DNA of 64,000 nt from Felis catus (lineage: Eukaryota): contig NC_058368.1 in the NCBI RefSeq assembly GCF_018350175.1, positions 24,802,001-24,866,000 on the forward strand, read 5' to 3'. Under the pieces are notes generated by a model that saw nothing but the letters and a program-made list of their open reading frames with translations, ran no database searches and was not told the DNA's origin. A program made the position numbers and the translations under genes. This document shows positions 1 through 11,589 of the stretch, piece after piece; within the stretch, counting starts at the first letter, position 1; every line of letters begins with the position of its first letter.

Positions 1-399
1 AATTAGACCTGGCCCAGAGTGTTTATTAATACATTCATCTCATTTATCCTTATTTTCAAGAGGAGAGAGTCATTTTGAAAAAGAAATGTTTTCCATAAGG
101 CATAGAAGTATTAGAGCATCAAATGCTGCAAGAACATCCCTTAGTCGTGGAGGTGTGGATTGTAAGAAGCCAGAATTTTCTGTATGAGTTATTGACATGA
201 GCTGGCTGGAGAATACAGGAATCACAGAAGGGAGGGGCTCTGGCTGAAATGGAAGCAAGGATCTTCTCTCCTGCTTGACCTCTAGACCTCCCCCAAATGA
301 CCTCTGCCCTCTTAAAACATCCGCACAAATCAGCACCTTTCTAGTAAGAACAGGTAAGGGAACCGTGGCACCCATGTATGGGCACAATGGTAGCCCTCA

Positions 400-1125
400 G
401 ATGGCCAAGCATCGGGGGGCTGGCTCAGCCCTCCACCATCGCTCAGTCCCCGGCTTGCAACCTGGCTGGCTCGCCAGGTCAGTCCACCTAGCACACAATG
501 GGACAAGGAGGCACCTGACCCCAAGAGGGAAGGGGTGTGTTACCTTTCCAACAAGACCTTCCCCACCCCCACCCCGGCTCCCCAGATGCTCCACCAGCAG
601 TGGTGATCCAAGGGGGTGGCTGGGAACGGGAAGCGAGGCTACCCTGGGCCTCAGGCACCAGGGGAACCGGGGGCCGGGTTCAGCCTGCTCCGGCCCCAGG
701 GCTGGAGAAACACGGTGACGGTTCAGCCACCCGCCTCGGGGAGAGCCCCTGGTGACTCACAGACAAGAGGCCAGAGAGCATCTGCTGTGTCCGAGAACCC
801 AGGCCTGTCAGCACCACCGAGAGGCAGAGGATGGGAGGGGGTCCTCCACGCCTTCCTGCACACACTGCCCACCAGCAGGGAGGAGAAGGGTGGCCACGGG
901 CATGGGGAGAAGAGTGGTCCCATTCCCCAGGAGTGCTTTGGGCAACCTGAGCTGTGGCCCTCCCAGGAGAGCACGAGGTCACCACGTCCATCTGACAGGC
1001 ACCTTTCTTCCTGGTACCGCATAGCGCCTCTCTGAAGTCCAAGGGACAGACTTCTGATGGGGTCAGGGTGAAGCACAGGAAGTTGGCACCCGGGAGGGCG
1101 CACAGCCCTGATGAGAGGTAAGCTC
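400..1125. promoter_or_regulatory. GC/CpG-enriched segment, candidate distal or divergent promoter
   Basis: Clear rise in GC and CpG against AT-rich flanks; AP-1 TGACTCA at 753-759; outward-facing splice donors at 543 (-) and 1118 (+). Confidence 0.4.
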
Positions 1126-1744
1126 AAGATCCTGTCTCCTGAGACCGTGAACGACTTTTATGGCAGTTGTGTGCCATTTGTTGTTAGACAGTGGGCACGT
1201 TTCCTGAGAGTGTGACCGTGAAGTTTACATAAGTTGTATCATTACTGAGTCACTTCAGGACAGCTCTAGCCGAAGTCTCCAAAGGAAGATCCAAGAGAGT
1301 TGTTGGGATTGCTGTGTGTGTTTTCAACCTAAAAAGTTTCTACAGCTAAACTTGGTGGGACTCAGGGACCGTGTTGTCTCAGGTGGTGAACTTCTGTGAA
1401 GCCTGTTTCCTCACCTTTAAGGCTCTTTACATATTCATGCCCTCTGGTTCTATTACCAGTTTCCATTCATGAACAATTATTGATCAATAACCGTTAGGCG
1501 TAGCGAAGTAATTATTGAATATCTTAACATTTCCCACATAGACCAATCTTGGAGTAAAAATGTCTATAAGTCTATTTGATTTTCAAGTACTAGACTTGTA
1601 ACTAGGGGTAATTTGTTTGCTATTAAATAATATCCGTTAAGCTTGGTGGATGTTCACACTGAGTTTGGTATTTCCGTAACTTAACAAAAATGTGTGCACT
1701 TTATGAATTTTGATCAGCTCCTCCCTCAACTTTTGTATTTTTGT

Positions 1745-1941
1745 GTTATTTATTTTTTAACGTTTATTTGAGAGAGAGTGTGTGTGAGCAGGGGAGGGGT
1801 GTGTGGAGGACGGGAAGTGAGAGATGGAGAGAGAGAATCCCAAGCAGACTCTGTGCTGTCAGCACAGGGCTCCCAGTGGGGTCCAGTCTCCCAAACCCTG
1901 AGATCGATCATAACCTTAATCGACTCAGCCACCCAGGAGCC
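1745..1941 (-). mobile_element. SINEC (carnivore tRNA-derived SINE), diverged
   Basis: T-rich tail, (GA)n, and head CAGCCACCCAGGAGC. Confidence 0.85.
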
Positions 1942-2339
1942 ACTAATTGAGTGTTTTAATATCAAAGTAATTAATGCTTGTTGGGAAAAAATAATAGAAA
2001 TGTACAGAAAGTAAATGTGTTCTGTCTTTTCCCCAAACCGTTATATTTATTATATAATACAATTAATACATAATCTATAAACAATATATACAATCTCATA
2101 TTTACTAATTTATAATATATAATATTTAAGTAAAGAGATTACATTGCATTGCTTGGTGACTCAATTTTTTCATTAATTTTATCTTCGACATCGTATGGGA
2201 CCAGATTTATAGACCCACTTCATTCTTCCCAGTCCAGCCTTTGATTTTACAGGTTCAGAACCTTGCTTTTTCAACCTGCCCAGGTATTGTTAAGAAATAC
2301 TGATCTAGGGGTGATGAAACTAGCAACGTGTTTACTATA

Positions 2340-2920
2340 GGAAAATCAATTATACAAATAAACAAAAAAAAGAAAAATTTCCTGTAATCCTTTTCATATA
2401 GAGATAGTTATTGTTAATATTTTGCTATAATATATATAATTAAAAACATTGTATATACATATAAACATATATATGTATATATATATATATATATCTGTAT
2501 TTTAATTTAAAAAGTTTCATTGTTATTTTATAACCTTGTTGTTTCTTTCAAAAATGGAAGAATTTTTTTCCATATGGCATAAACATTTAAAAGCTTTTTC
2601 ACAAAATATTCCCTATTTGTCTTCTGGAGTCCTGATTTAAATCCCACCAGCTGTGTGCAAGTGTTTATTTTCCTTCATGGGAGCTAACTGGTCCTGGGAA
2701 TTCGTCATTTTTTTAATCTTCATTATTCTTATAGGTAGAAAATAACATCTTATTTTAATTTGTATTTGATTATTAATGAGCTTGAACATCTTTTCCCTCT
2801 GTTTATTACTGAATATTATCTATTATGAAGGACTTATCCTAGTCTCTTGCCTGTTTTCACATCATGGTGTTTATCTTTACCCCCAGTGATTTTTAAGGGA
2901 TCTCTGTGTATTATGGATAC
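2340..2920 (-). mobile_element. Old L1 (L1ME-like) 3' fragment containing a (TA)n run
   Basis: L1 antisense text such as ttttaatttgtatttgattattaatgagcttgaacatctttt; boundaries approximate. Confidence 0.55.
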
Positions 2921-2994
2921 CTACTCAACCCAGTTGGTCTACCTCAGCCATTTAAGATGAGATGTAATGTGATGATCTATTGGGACCCTAAAGC

Positions 2995-3440
2995 CAAACA
3001 GACATGGTTCGATTGCTGGTCCCACCATTTCCTAGTTGTATGACTTTGGTCAAATTACTCAACGCTTTAAGCCTTAATATCTACATCTGTCGGGGCGCCT
3101 GGGTGGCGCAGTCGGTTAAGCGTCCGACTTCAGCCAGGTCACGATCTCGCGGTCTGTGAGTTCGAGCCCCGCGTCAGGCTCTGGGCTGATGGCTCGGAGC
3201 CTGGAGCCTGTTTCCGATTCTGTGTCTCCCTCTCTCTCTGCCCCTCGCCCGTTCATGCTCTGTCTCTCTCTGTCCCAAAAATAATAAACGTTGAAAAAAA
3301 AAAAATATCTACATCTGTCAAATTGGGACAGTAATGGCACCTGCCCCATAAAGAGCTGTGAAAATTAAATGAGAAGATCCTTGAAGTGCTTTAAATGGTG
3401 CCTGGAGTATTGAAAATGCTCATTAAATGTCAACTATTAT
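2995..3440 (+). mobile_element. MIR interrupted by a young SINEC
   Basis: MIR core (tgtatgactttggtcaaattactcaac...catctgtcaaattggga...aattaaatgag) split by the SINE. Confidence 0.75.
3092..3303 (+). mobile_element. SINEC_Fc, young subfamily
   Basis: Full head GGGGCGCCTGGGTGGCGCAGTCGG; perfect 16-bp TSD AATATCTACATCTGTC at 3076-3091 and 3304-3319. Confidence 0.95.
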
Positions 3441-4144
3441 TTTTCTCAGTGGCAATTCAGAACCTAAGCGTATAAAGGAAATGTCACACCATGACCATTA
3501 TTATTATAATTGCATCTAACAGTGATTTTGTTGCTAATTTATCCTAAAATGGAACTTGTGCTCTTCTTCAAAAAAAAATATATATGTATAAATACAAATA
3601 CATATGTATACATGTACATATGCATTTATATATCTATACTTACATGAGCAAAGTTATGAAGTACATATGTATTTACACATGTATATATGTGTACATATTT
3701 ATATATTTTCTATGAACAGTCATAAAGTTATTTTATGAGGATGTGTAGTTTGTTTAGTTGGTTAGAAATCGATGCTAGGAATTTCAGTTTACATGGCCGC
3801 CAGTGCTGAGGTGGACGACCTCCTACCCAAATACAGAGAAACGTCAGATGAAATATGTAGGTGAGATGAACAGAAAGGGAAATCCTGGCGTTGGAAATAA
3901 AAAGAAGTCAGTGGCAGTGAACCAAGCTTGAGGTGAAGCTGTGACGATCCACCGAGGTATCCGATTAGGACATGGGCTTTTAGGGGCCAGGCGCTGGGAT
4001 GATAGCACGTACATGGGGTATAGGCAAGAGCTCTCTGGTCAGCAGCAGGCAGAGAACTGAAACAAAATACCCTGCTTCCTGTCCCTGAAACGAGAAAACC
4101 CTGCCCTAGCCAGGAAAATGGGGGCAAGGGAGCTCTCCGGGACC

Positions 4145-4273
4145 TTTTTTTTACAAGAGCACTAATCTCTTTCATGAGGGTTCTACGCTCGTGACCCAAT
4201 CACCTTCCAAAGCCTGGGGACTAGGTTTGTACATATGAGATCTGAGGGGAAATAGACATTTCAGTCTATGGCA
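4145..4273 (-). mobile_element. MaLR (MLT1A/MST-like) LTR fragment
   Basis: gcactaatctctttcatgaggg...acccaatcaccttccaaag...acatttcagtctatggca resembles an antisense MaLR LTR end. Confidence 0.6.
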
Positions 4274-4965
4274 GCAGGTGTCCTAGTTTGACAAGGGAAG
4301 AAGCTGGTTAGGGATGACTGCCAACGTACGTCTGAGAGGGACTTAGATGTCAGGATTTTGAAACAGTAGAGAGTCACTGAAAGATTTGGAGCTCGGCAAG
4401 TCTTTGGCAAAACGAGGTCCGCATTAAGAAATGAATCTCGAATTGATGCCAAGTTACTCCTTTAATTTCCAAGGGCTAGTGAGCAAAGAACCAGATCCAA
4501 ATAAGTCATGAGTTTGTGCAAAGTGAAGGCCAAATGATGTCACTGAAGGCTGCAGTAGTTCAAAGCAAGCGAAGTAGAGAATTGATCTCCTGGAAGAACA
4601 CAGTAGATGGTGTGGGCGGTGAGCACAGAATAACCTGTGCCCTGTGCCCATGGGGATCGGCACCCACTCACAGGGCAGAGGGTGACTTAATTCCAGGAAG
4701 TCACCACTCTCCTCATTAACAGATGTAATTCGATTTTGTTGTTATTGCTTTGAATTTAATTTTTAAGCCAATTTTGGATCCACAGCTAGGATCTAATCGC
4801 ATTAACCGTTTATACCAAGTTTTATGCTTGCTCGTGTAATAGCAGTCGTTAAAGACAACTGCGGAAGTCGGGTCATTTTTCCAGACGTTTATTTCCAGAT
4901 GCTAGAGACGTTCCGGTCTAGCTGACTGCCCTTATTTTAGAGTTACAGTTAAAATGTACAGTGAG

Positions 4966-5158
4966 AGGCACCTGGGTGGCTCAGTCGGTTAAGCATCCGA
5001 CTCTTGATTTCGGCGCAGGTCGGGATCTCACGGTTGTTGCGATCGAGCCCTGCGTCGTGCTCCACACAGAGCGGGGAGCCTACTTCGGATTCTCTCTCTC
5101 TTTCTGCTCCTCCCCTGCTCTCACTCACTCGCTCTCTAAATAAGCATTTAAAGAAAGT
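4966..5158 (+). mobile_element. SINEC
   Basis: GGCACCTGGGTGGCTCAGTCGGTTAAGC head, CT-rich body, A-rich tail. Confidence 0.9.
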
Positions 5159-5239
5159 AAGATGTAAAATGAAGCACAAAAGGTGACTAATAATAAGAGC
5201 AGCCATAATCGAAATTAAGTATGAAGACTGACGCTTCTT

Positions 5240-5440
5240 GTGCCCATGCATCTTCTCATGAATGCCTTGTAACCAAGCTGGGACGTGAGTGCTGTTTACT
5301 TTTCTTGTTTTGATGAAGAAACAGGCTTAGAGGAATTAAGAAGCGTATCCAAACTCACAAAGACCATACACGCAGGACCCGGGTTTGGAAGCCAAGCCTT
5401 GGTAAATTCCAGAACACGTGCTCTTAGCTACTTTGCTATA
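5240..5440 (-). mobile_element. MIR
   Basis: gatgaagaaacaggcttagagg..ttaag...ccaaactcaca...ggtttggaagccaagc...gctcttagctac. Confidence 0.65.
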
Positions 5441-6289
5441 CTGGCTTGAGCTGGCCACACAAGTTGACACTCAGGCGACTTTAGATTCCAGATCTCGGGA
5501 TTTGTGTTCTACATTTTCCACCTCACCCCAGGCCTCCATGGCTTTGAATATAGATGGCTGAAACCGCAGAGTAGTTCAAGATCCCATCGTAAGAAAAATG
5601 TTTAATTAGGCACATCTACGCTATCAGAGCTTTGGAATATTAAAAACTCTGACTTTTCATGGAGTCTTTCAGAATGTTGTAATTAGTTATTTGATACATA
5701 TTTGATTTTCCCTATCACCTGTAGCACACATCAGTTGTTCACGTTTTGGACCAGATATTGGCCCAATAAGTATCTGTTGGATAGACGAATAAAAATCTAG
5801 AACCCCTTTCTGCTTACAAATAACTTATATTTCAATAGGCTGCTTTCAAATGCAAATGTATGTTAAGTCCGTAGTGACAAAAATTGATTTAAGAAGTATT
5901 TTCCAGAAGTACCCGGAAGTCTTTCCACAAAAGCTGGGTATAAATTAATCAGTGTCACAAAACTTGAAAATCAGGGCTTTTTTTCTTCTTTGAAATCATA
6001 CAATCCATCACACTTCCTCTTCTATAATTGATTATCTTGGTCTACATGGAAAATCTTTTGAAGCAGTTAACCTTTGTATTTGATGATATCGGCAACTGTT
6101 TTAGGTTAAACCTTAGCTAAGGTGCTCACTTGATAAACCACAGTATTAAATCAGTTCTCTACCTACTCAGTACCTGCCCCGGTGGAGATGAATAGGGTGG
6201 GAGAAAAACCATGCAGAATGCTTGTGTTGTGAATTCGCGATCACCTAATTATTAACTACAAAGAGAAAAAAACAAACTCTCCAGTGGAG

Positions 6290-6767
6290 GACCGTGGCAG
6301 ACATCAGGGGCTCCGAGATATCATGCGCTAAACAGGACATGTCACTTATGTGGCATTTACTGCCAAAAATACATACCTGACTTAAATTGCGAGGAAACAG
6401 ACAAGCCCAAACTGAGTGGCATTCTATGACTAGCTTTTTCCAAAGTGTCAAGGTGAGGACAGACAGACTGAAGAAGCGTCCCAGGTTACAGAAGACTAAG
6501 GAGACCCCACAACCGCATGAAAAATGGGATCATGGATTGGGTCCTACTCCAGGGAAAGAACAGTAGGACAATATGCTAAATTTGAAAAAGGTCTGTACTT
6601 TGGTTAATAGTGGCGGGTCGACGATAATGTCCCGATATTGCCAGCTGTACTGTGGTTATATGAGATGGGAACATTTAAGGAAGTTGGGTGACGGGCATAT
6701 GGGAATTCTTTGAACTATTTTTGCACCTTTGTTGTAATTCTGGAATGATTTCGAAATGAAACGTTAA
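6290..6767 (+). mobile_element. L1ME-type 3' UTR fragment
   Basis: gacaagcccaaactgag...tgtactgtggttatatgagat...gggaattctttgaactatttttgcacc...ttcgaaatgaaacgtt. Confidence 0.7.
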
Positions 6768-7049
6768 GTCATTAAGAGAAAACTATTTTTAAAGTGTCAT
6801 CACTAGCCTTGAATGTTGCTCAGGCGGCTTACCAATATGCCCCTAAAGCATCCGCTTCCGAACGCCTAGTCAGCCCTTTTGTACCCTCCCCTTTCTGTAC
6901 AACCCTTCCATAGCTCCTTCCCCAAACTCATTCATTGTGGAAGTAAAGGCAGTCAGAAAAATTTGTGCCGGCCCACTGCCCGGCGCCTGGGACTATCTGT
7001 TCTGCTTTCTCTCCTGTCTTTGTGGATGGGCTCTGGAAGGAGTCTAGCC

Positions 7050-8623
7050 CTTCACTTGTTTACTAGAGCTCATCCTTTCTTACCTATTCAAGAAATTTGC
7101 TCCAGCAGACCGTCCCTCTGTCTCTTGCATTATTCCCCTCCCCCTCTCTTTGATGGGTAATCCCTAGGATCATAGAAACTTACTGTTAACTTCTCCCATC
7201 TTAAAAAAAGACACTTGGGCCCACTTCCCCCCTTGAGCCAGCTTCCACCACCTTTCTTTTCTTCCTTTTACAGTAAAGCTTTTGAAGTTTGTGTATAGTT
7301 TCTGTCTCCAATTTCTTCTCTCCCATTCTTTTGGGAAAGTACTCCAATGGGACTTTGGCCCCTCCTCTCCACCAAACTCTTCTTGTGTGATTACTAATGG
7401 CCTCCGTATTTCTGTGCCCGGTGGTCAGTCCTCTATCCTTATCTTGTGTAACTAACAGCAGCCTTTCAGAGACTGATCCCACTCCCTAACTTGAGATTTA
7501 TCTTTACCAGGCCTCCAGCTCATTACGGTGAACTGATTCATTTCCTGTCTCTCTGAGTGTTCCTTCTTAGTATACTTTGCTGGTCCCTCTTCATTTTTCC
7601 AACCTTTTGTGTTGGAGTGCCTCAAAGCTCAGAGCGTGGACCTCTTCTCTTCCTTATCTGTATTTGTTCTCTAGGTGATCTCGTCCGGTCTCAGAGCTTG
7701 AAATACCGTCTATATGCCAGTGACTTCAGTGTGGGCCCCTGGACCCTACAGCCCACTGCCTGAGCAGATCTCCTAACTGGGTCCCTCATATACGACTGGT
7801 CTAAAACTGAGCTTGTGCTGTTCTCCAGCCCCAAGCCGACTCTCCTCTAGTCTTTCCACATCAATGGAAACGTCCCAATGGCTCAGGCTAAAGGCCTCGA
7901 ATTCATCCTCGACTCTTCACTTTCTTATATGCTGCACGGAATCTGTCAGGAACTTGTTTCAGCTCTAACGGCAAAATATACACAGGATCTGATGACTTCT
8001 TGCCATCTCCACTGCTAAGGGCTTAGTCCAAGCCAGCACCGTCTCTCCTGGATTACTGCAGCAGCCCCCGCTGGTCTTACTGTACCCGGCTTTCTCTCCC
8101 TTGGTTTAGTCAGGAGACTTCCTTCCCTACGATGGCTTCTTATGCCACTTCTTGTGAAAGCCAACACCCTGTGCAGTCAGGCCCCTCTGACCTCATCTGC
8201 GGCTACTCTACCCCTCCATCTATGCCTCATCACGTGGGCCTTGCAAACGGCAGATGCCCCTTTCCCTCAAGGCCTTTGCCCCTGCTGCTTCTGTCTGGAA
8301 TCTTCTTCCTCCGGAATCTGCAGGGCTTACTCCACTTCTCCTTCTCGCTGTCAGCACCCATTTCCCTCACGTTTCAACTCAAAATTCTCTCCCCAGAAGG
8401 ACACACACAACTATTCCCTTTCCCTGATTTTTTCTTCCTAAGATTTATCGCTAATATATCACATACTTTGTTCTATGTATGTAGACAGTTAGAATGTAGA
8501 CTCCAGCAGGTCAGGAACTTTTGTGTGATTCATGCACGACTGTATCTCCAGTGCCTCTGATCGTACCTGGCTCATAGTAAGTGCTCAGTAAGTATTTGTT
8601 GCATGAATGGATGGATGCATGAA
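7050..8623 (+). mobile_element. L2 (L2a-like) LINE with a decayed RT domain and 3' end
   Basis: ORF 7557-7763 reads GVPQSSERGPLLF...YRLYASD, a decayed RT GVPQGSxLGPLLF...YADD; ends in the L2 tail gctcagtaagtatttgttgcatgaatg. Confidence 0.85.
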
Positions 8624-9149
8624 GTTGCACTGGAGCCTCAAATTTTGGTGAAATGGGCTTTGAACCCATGGAATGGTTCCATGCCCAGCAACAACTTTCA
8701 GAAGCAGTTTGCCACGGTATGTTAATTGCTCAGATTCGGAGCCTTCTTCGGACTGACCTCAGGCAGCCAGTATTTACACAACCGAAGATTTTCCCCTCAT
8801 TCCAGCTGATGAGGATAACAACAATGAGGATAACAGGTCAAGCTCGTGTCAACATTTTGCGTGATTCGTTCTCATCTTTCAGTGTCATTTTTAACTGTCA
8901 AACCACTCACCCCATATGTACAGTGGTAGTCACTATGTTACCACCATTACTAAGTCTTTTGATTATAAATGGGTGCCTCTGCTGTCAGGTTATCTCAGTG
9001 TTCTTGAGTCTTTTGCCCTGGTTACACACGATAAGGTTAATGATGTTTGTAAATCTGCAAATGCCTTCCGTGTTCTCTACAAGCATAACGAACTCTCTGT
9101 TAGTGACTGCAAATTAGTGACAGGACATTTAATTTTTTTTTAACTCCTT

Positions 9150-9355
9150 GACAATATTTTAAAAATTAGATGATCTCACATAAAAATCTAGACTTCTGGT
9201 TTCTCCCGTGCGATCCAACTGGCATTCGTAGCGCTACTACCTTTGGGCAAGACGTACGTTTTCCAGTGCGTGTCAGTTTCTGCCACTTATACTCAGCCCG
9301 TGTCACCCAGTTTAACTACCTGCACGGTCCCTGTGGGTGTTTGACAGTGACTCAT
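9150..9355 (-). mobile_element. hAT-Charlie MITE (MER113-like)
   Basis: tcacataaaaatctagacttctggtttctc and tacctgcacggtccctgtgggtgtttga resemble the recalled MER113. Confidence 0.5.
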
Positions 9356-10499
9356 ACCACAGGCAGGGAAATGACTTAGAGATGAAGACAACCCTGTGCG
9401 CCCAGCAGAGCCACCTGCTAGGGTTGGCCGAATTGGCCCACTTATTCTGAACCTTCGTCTTCTGTCCTGAACACTTAACAAAATGAAAAATCTATAAACT
9501 CAGTAGCTCCAGTAAATCTGCTCCCACCAGCAGTTTGGGAGAGTTCATGCTTCCTTCATTCAGGGGCTTTTTTAAAATTCTTAATTAAAAAAAAAAAATA
9601 CATATTTTTTGTTCATCTTCCATTTACCCTTCATTTCTGCGGATTTAAAGAGGAAAGGACAGTGAGGAGGGAGATGAGATGACAGAGGCCCCTTCTTCCC
9701 ATGTTCTCATTCCTCTGGCTGGAGTTTGTAAAAGACTAGGGGGCCTGTGAAGGCCAAAACCTTCACTGTGTAGACAGCAGACAGAGCCCGCTGGAGAGGG
9801 CCACTCGACTACTGAGGTTAAAATGTGTGACCACTCGGGCACGCATAACAGTCACGTCTAAAATAGTCCATCTGAAAGAAGACCTCCATCGGCTGGTTAG
9901 CAAACACTCAGCCTTCATCTGTAAGATGTTCGTAGCCAAAGGACAATGCGAAAAGCAAGTAGAACTCATTAAATGTCACTGAGGTCCAATCCTGTTTACT
10001 TTGGATTGGAAGCAAGAAGGAAGGATGCAAATTGTCAGGATTTCGGCTCTGCAGTCTATGGGAACAGAGAATGTGTCTATCTAATCCACCGCTGTATACT
10101 CAATGTCCCGCCAAAAGTAGGCTGACTGAGGAAAACGGTGAATGAACTTGGACATTGTGGTCACTGCAGGCAAAAAACAAGTTTTGAGATTTTCGTGTCA
10201 CTTCCAGGGTCTCGCTGATGGAAGCAGATCTTACACATTGTTGGAAATGGAAATGGATCGTTAATCTTCTTGTTCGGTCTAAGAGACTTCATTTTGAGCC
10301 ATTTCCTTTCCCTGAATAGGAAGCTTCTCAAAATGGACAGAATTTAAAGTGCAGTGCACATGCCTCTTCCTTTGTTGACACTTAACCTTTATTGGGACAG
10401 AAAAACAAAAATAAAATGTAGTCCTTTATTGTCTAATACAATCTAAAATAATCTGAAATCTAATATAATATTAGTATATTCCATTACATGCCAAAAATT

Positions 10500-11220
10500 G
10501 ATCAAAATTTGGCCTTTCTTCTCTCTCCCTCTCTTGATGTTCGATGTCAGTCCTTGAACTTCTGCTGATTTGCTCCTACGTGCTTCCTCCCAGAGAGCTC
10601 ACCTTGTTGCATGGTTTTGATGACCTCCATGCTGATGAGGCGCAAATCTGTGTCTTCCGCCTTGACCTAGCCCCCCAGCCTCAGTGACGTGGCTTCCATT
10701 TTGCACCAGTGGCCTCTCCTGAGCATTTTCAGTGTTGCTTTAATGTCAGTGTGATCCAATGGATTTCCTTCTTGCCTCCCTGAAATGTCACATATCTATC
10801 CAGGACACTATCACTCTCCCCTCAGTTCCTTAGCTGATTGACCTCAGTCATCCTTGACTCATTCATCTCATTTATCCTCTACACGTAGTCTCAGAGATAG
10901 TCTGTGTGCATCTTGCTTCTGTTGCTCACTGCCACGATCCCAGGCTGACAGTTCCTGCCTCATACCTTAGTATGAAGTAGTACCTAGTACCTAGGTACCT
11001 AGTACCTAGTGGCCGTGGCCTCCTACCCTTCTCCTTACTTCCATTTCTGTGGAATTCTGTGGAATTTCTGTGCCACCAGACTAATCTATTTCATTGTGTT
11101 TGTTACTCTCTACTGCGTATGTTTCCTCTGATCCTCTGTACCTTTGTTTGTTTTGTGTCTTCTACACAATAAATTCTTCATGAGACCCGTGAAGTAAATG
11201 CTTGTTTAATAAAGGAGTGA
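10500..11220 (+). mobile_element. L2 fragment, older
   Basis: catggttttgatgacctccatgctgatgag (YADD-region remnant) ... cctcagtcatccttgactc ... gtaaatgcttgtttaat. Confidence 0.6.
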
Positions 11221-11545
11221 TTGAAATAAGGAAGCTGTGTCATATGAACCGACTGAAGCTGCACTGACTATGTTTTGGCCGACTCTGCAAAGAATTAGCA
11301 GCTGATTCATATTCCTATTTAAGGAATGGAGAACTTGACCAGAAATATTTTCATTTTGCGGCTGCAGATACACAGCAAAAACAACAACTTTTCATCTGGG
11401 CCTCAGTGTCCTTACCTTCGGATGGAAATAGATGCCACTTACATCATGGGGTTGCTGGAAGTCTTAAAGGTGATGTGTTAAGGCCCTCAGCACAGGGCAC
11501 TAGTAAATGCACAATAAATTCCAGTTGAATTTTAAAGAAAAGATT

Positions 11546-11589
11546 GAATGAATGAATGAATGAATGAATGAATGAATGAATGAATGAAT
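11546..11589 (+). repeat. (GAAT)11 microsatellite
   Basis: Perfect tetranucleotide run. Confidence 0.95.

Noticed and set aside
70..1127. Overlapping 100-147-aa ORFs on both strands as coding genes, including LRRC63 coding exons
   Set aside because: Expected in GC-rich sequence; no recognisable domain and no match to the LRRC63 protein as I recall it.
3092..3180. tRNA genes (A-box and B-box present, here and in the other copies)
   Set aside because: These are tRNA-derived SINE heads followed by CT-rich bodies, A-tails and TSDs.
8653..9117. 154-aa ORF
   Set aside because: No recognisable homology or convincing exon structure; flanked by repeats; treated as chance.
9407..9424. Reverse CTCF-like motif CTAGCAGGTGGC
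   Set aside because: Mismatch at a high-information core C; too weak without binding data.
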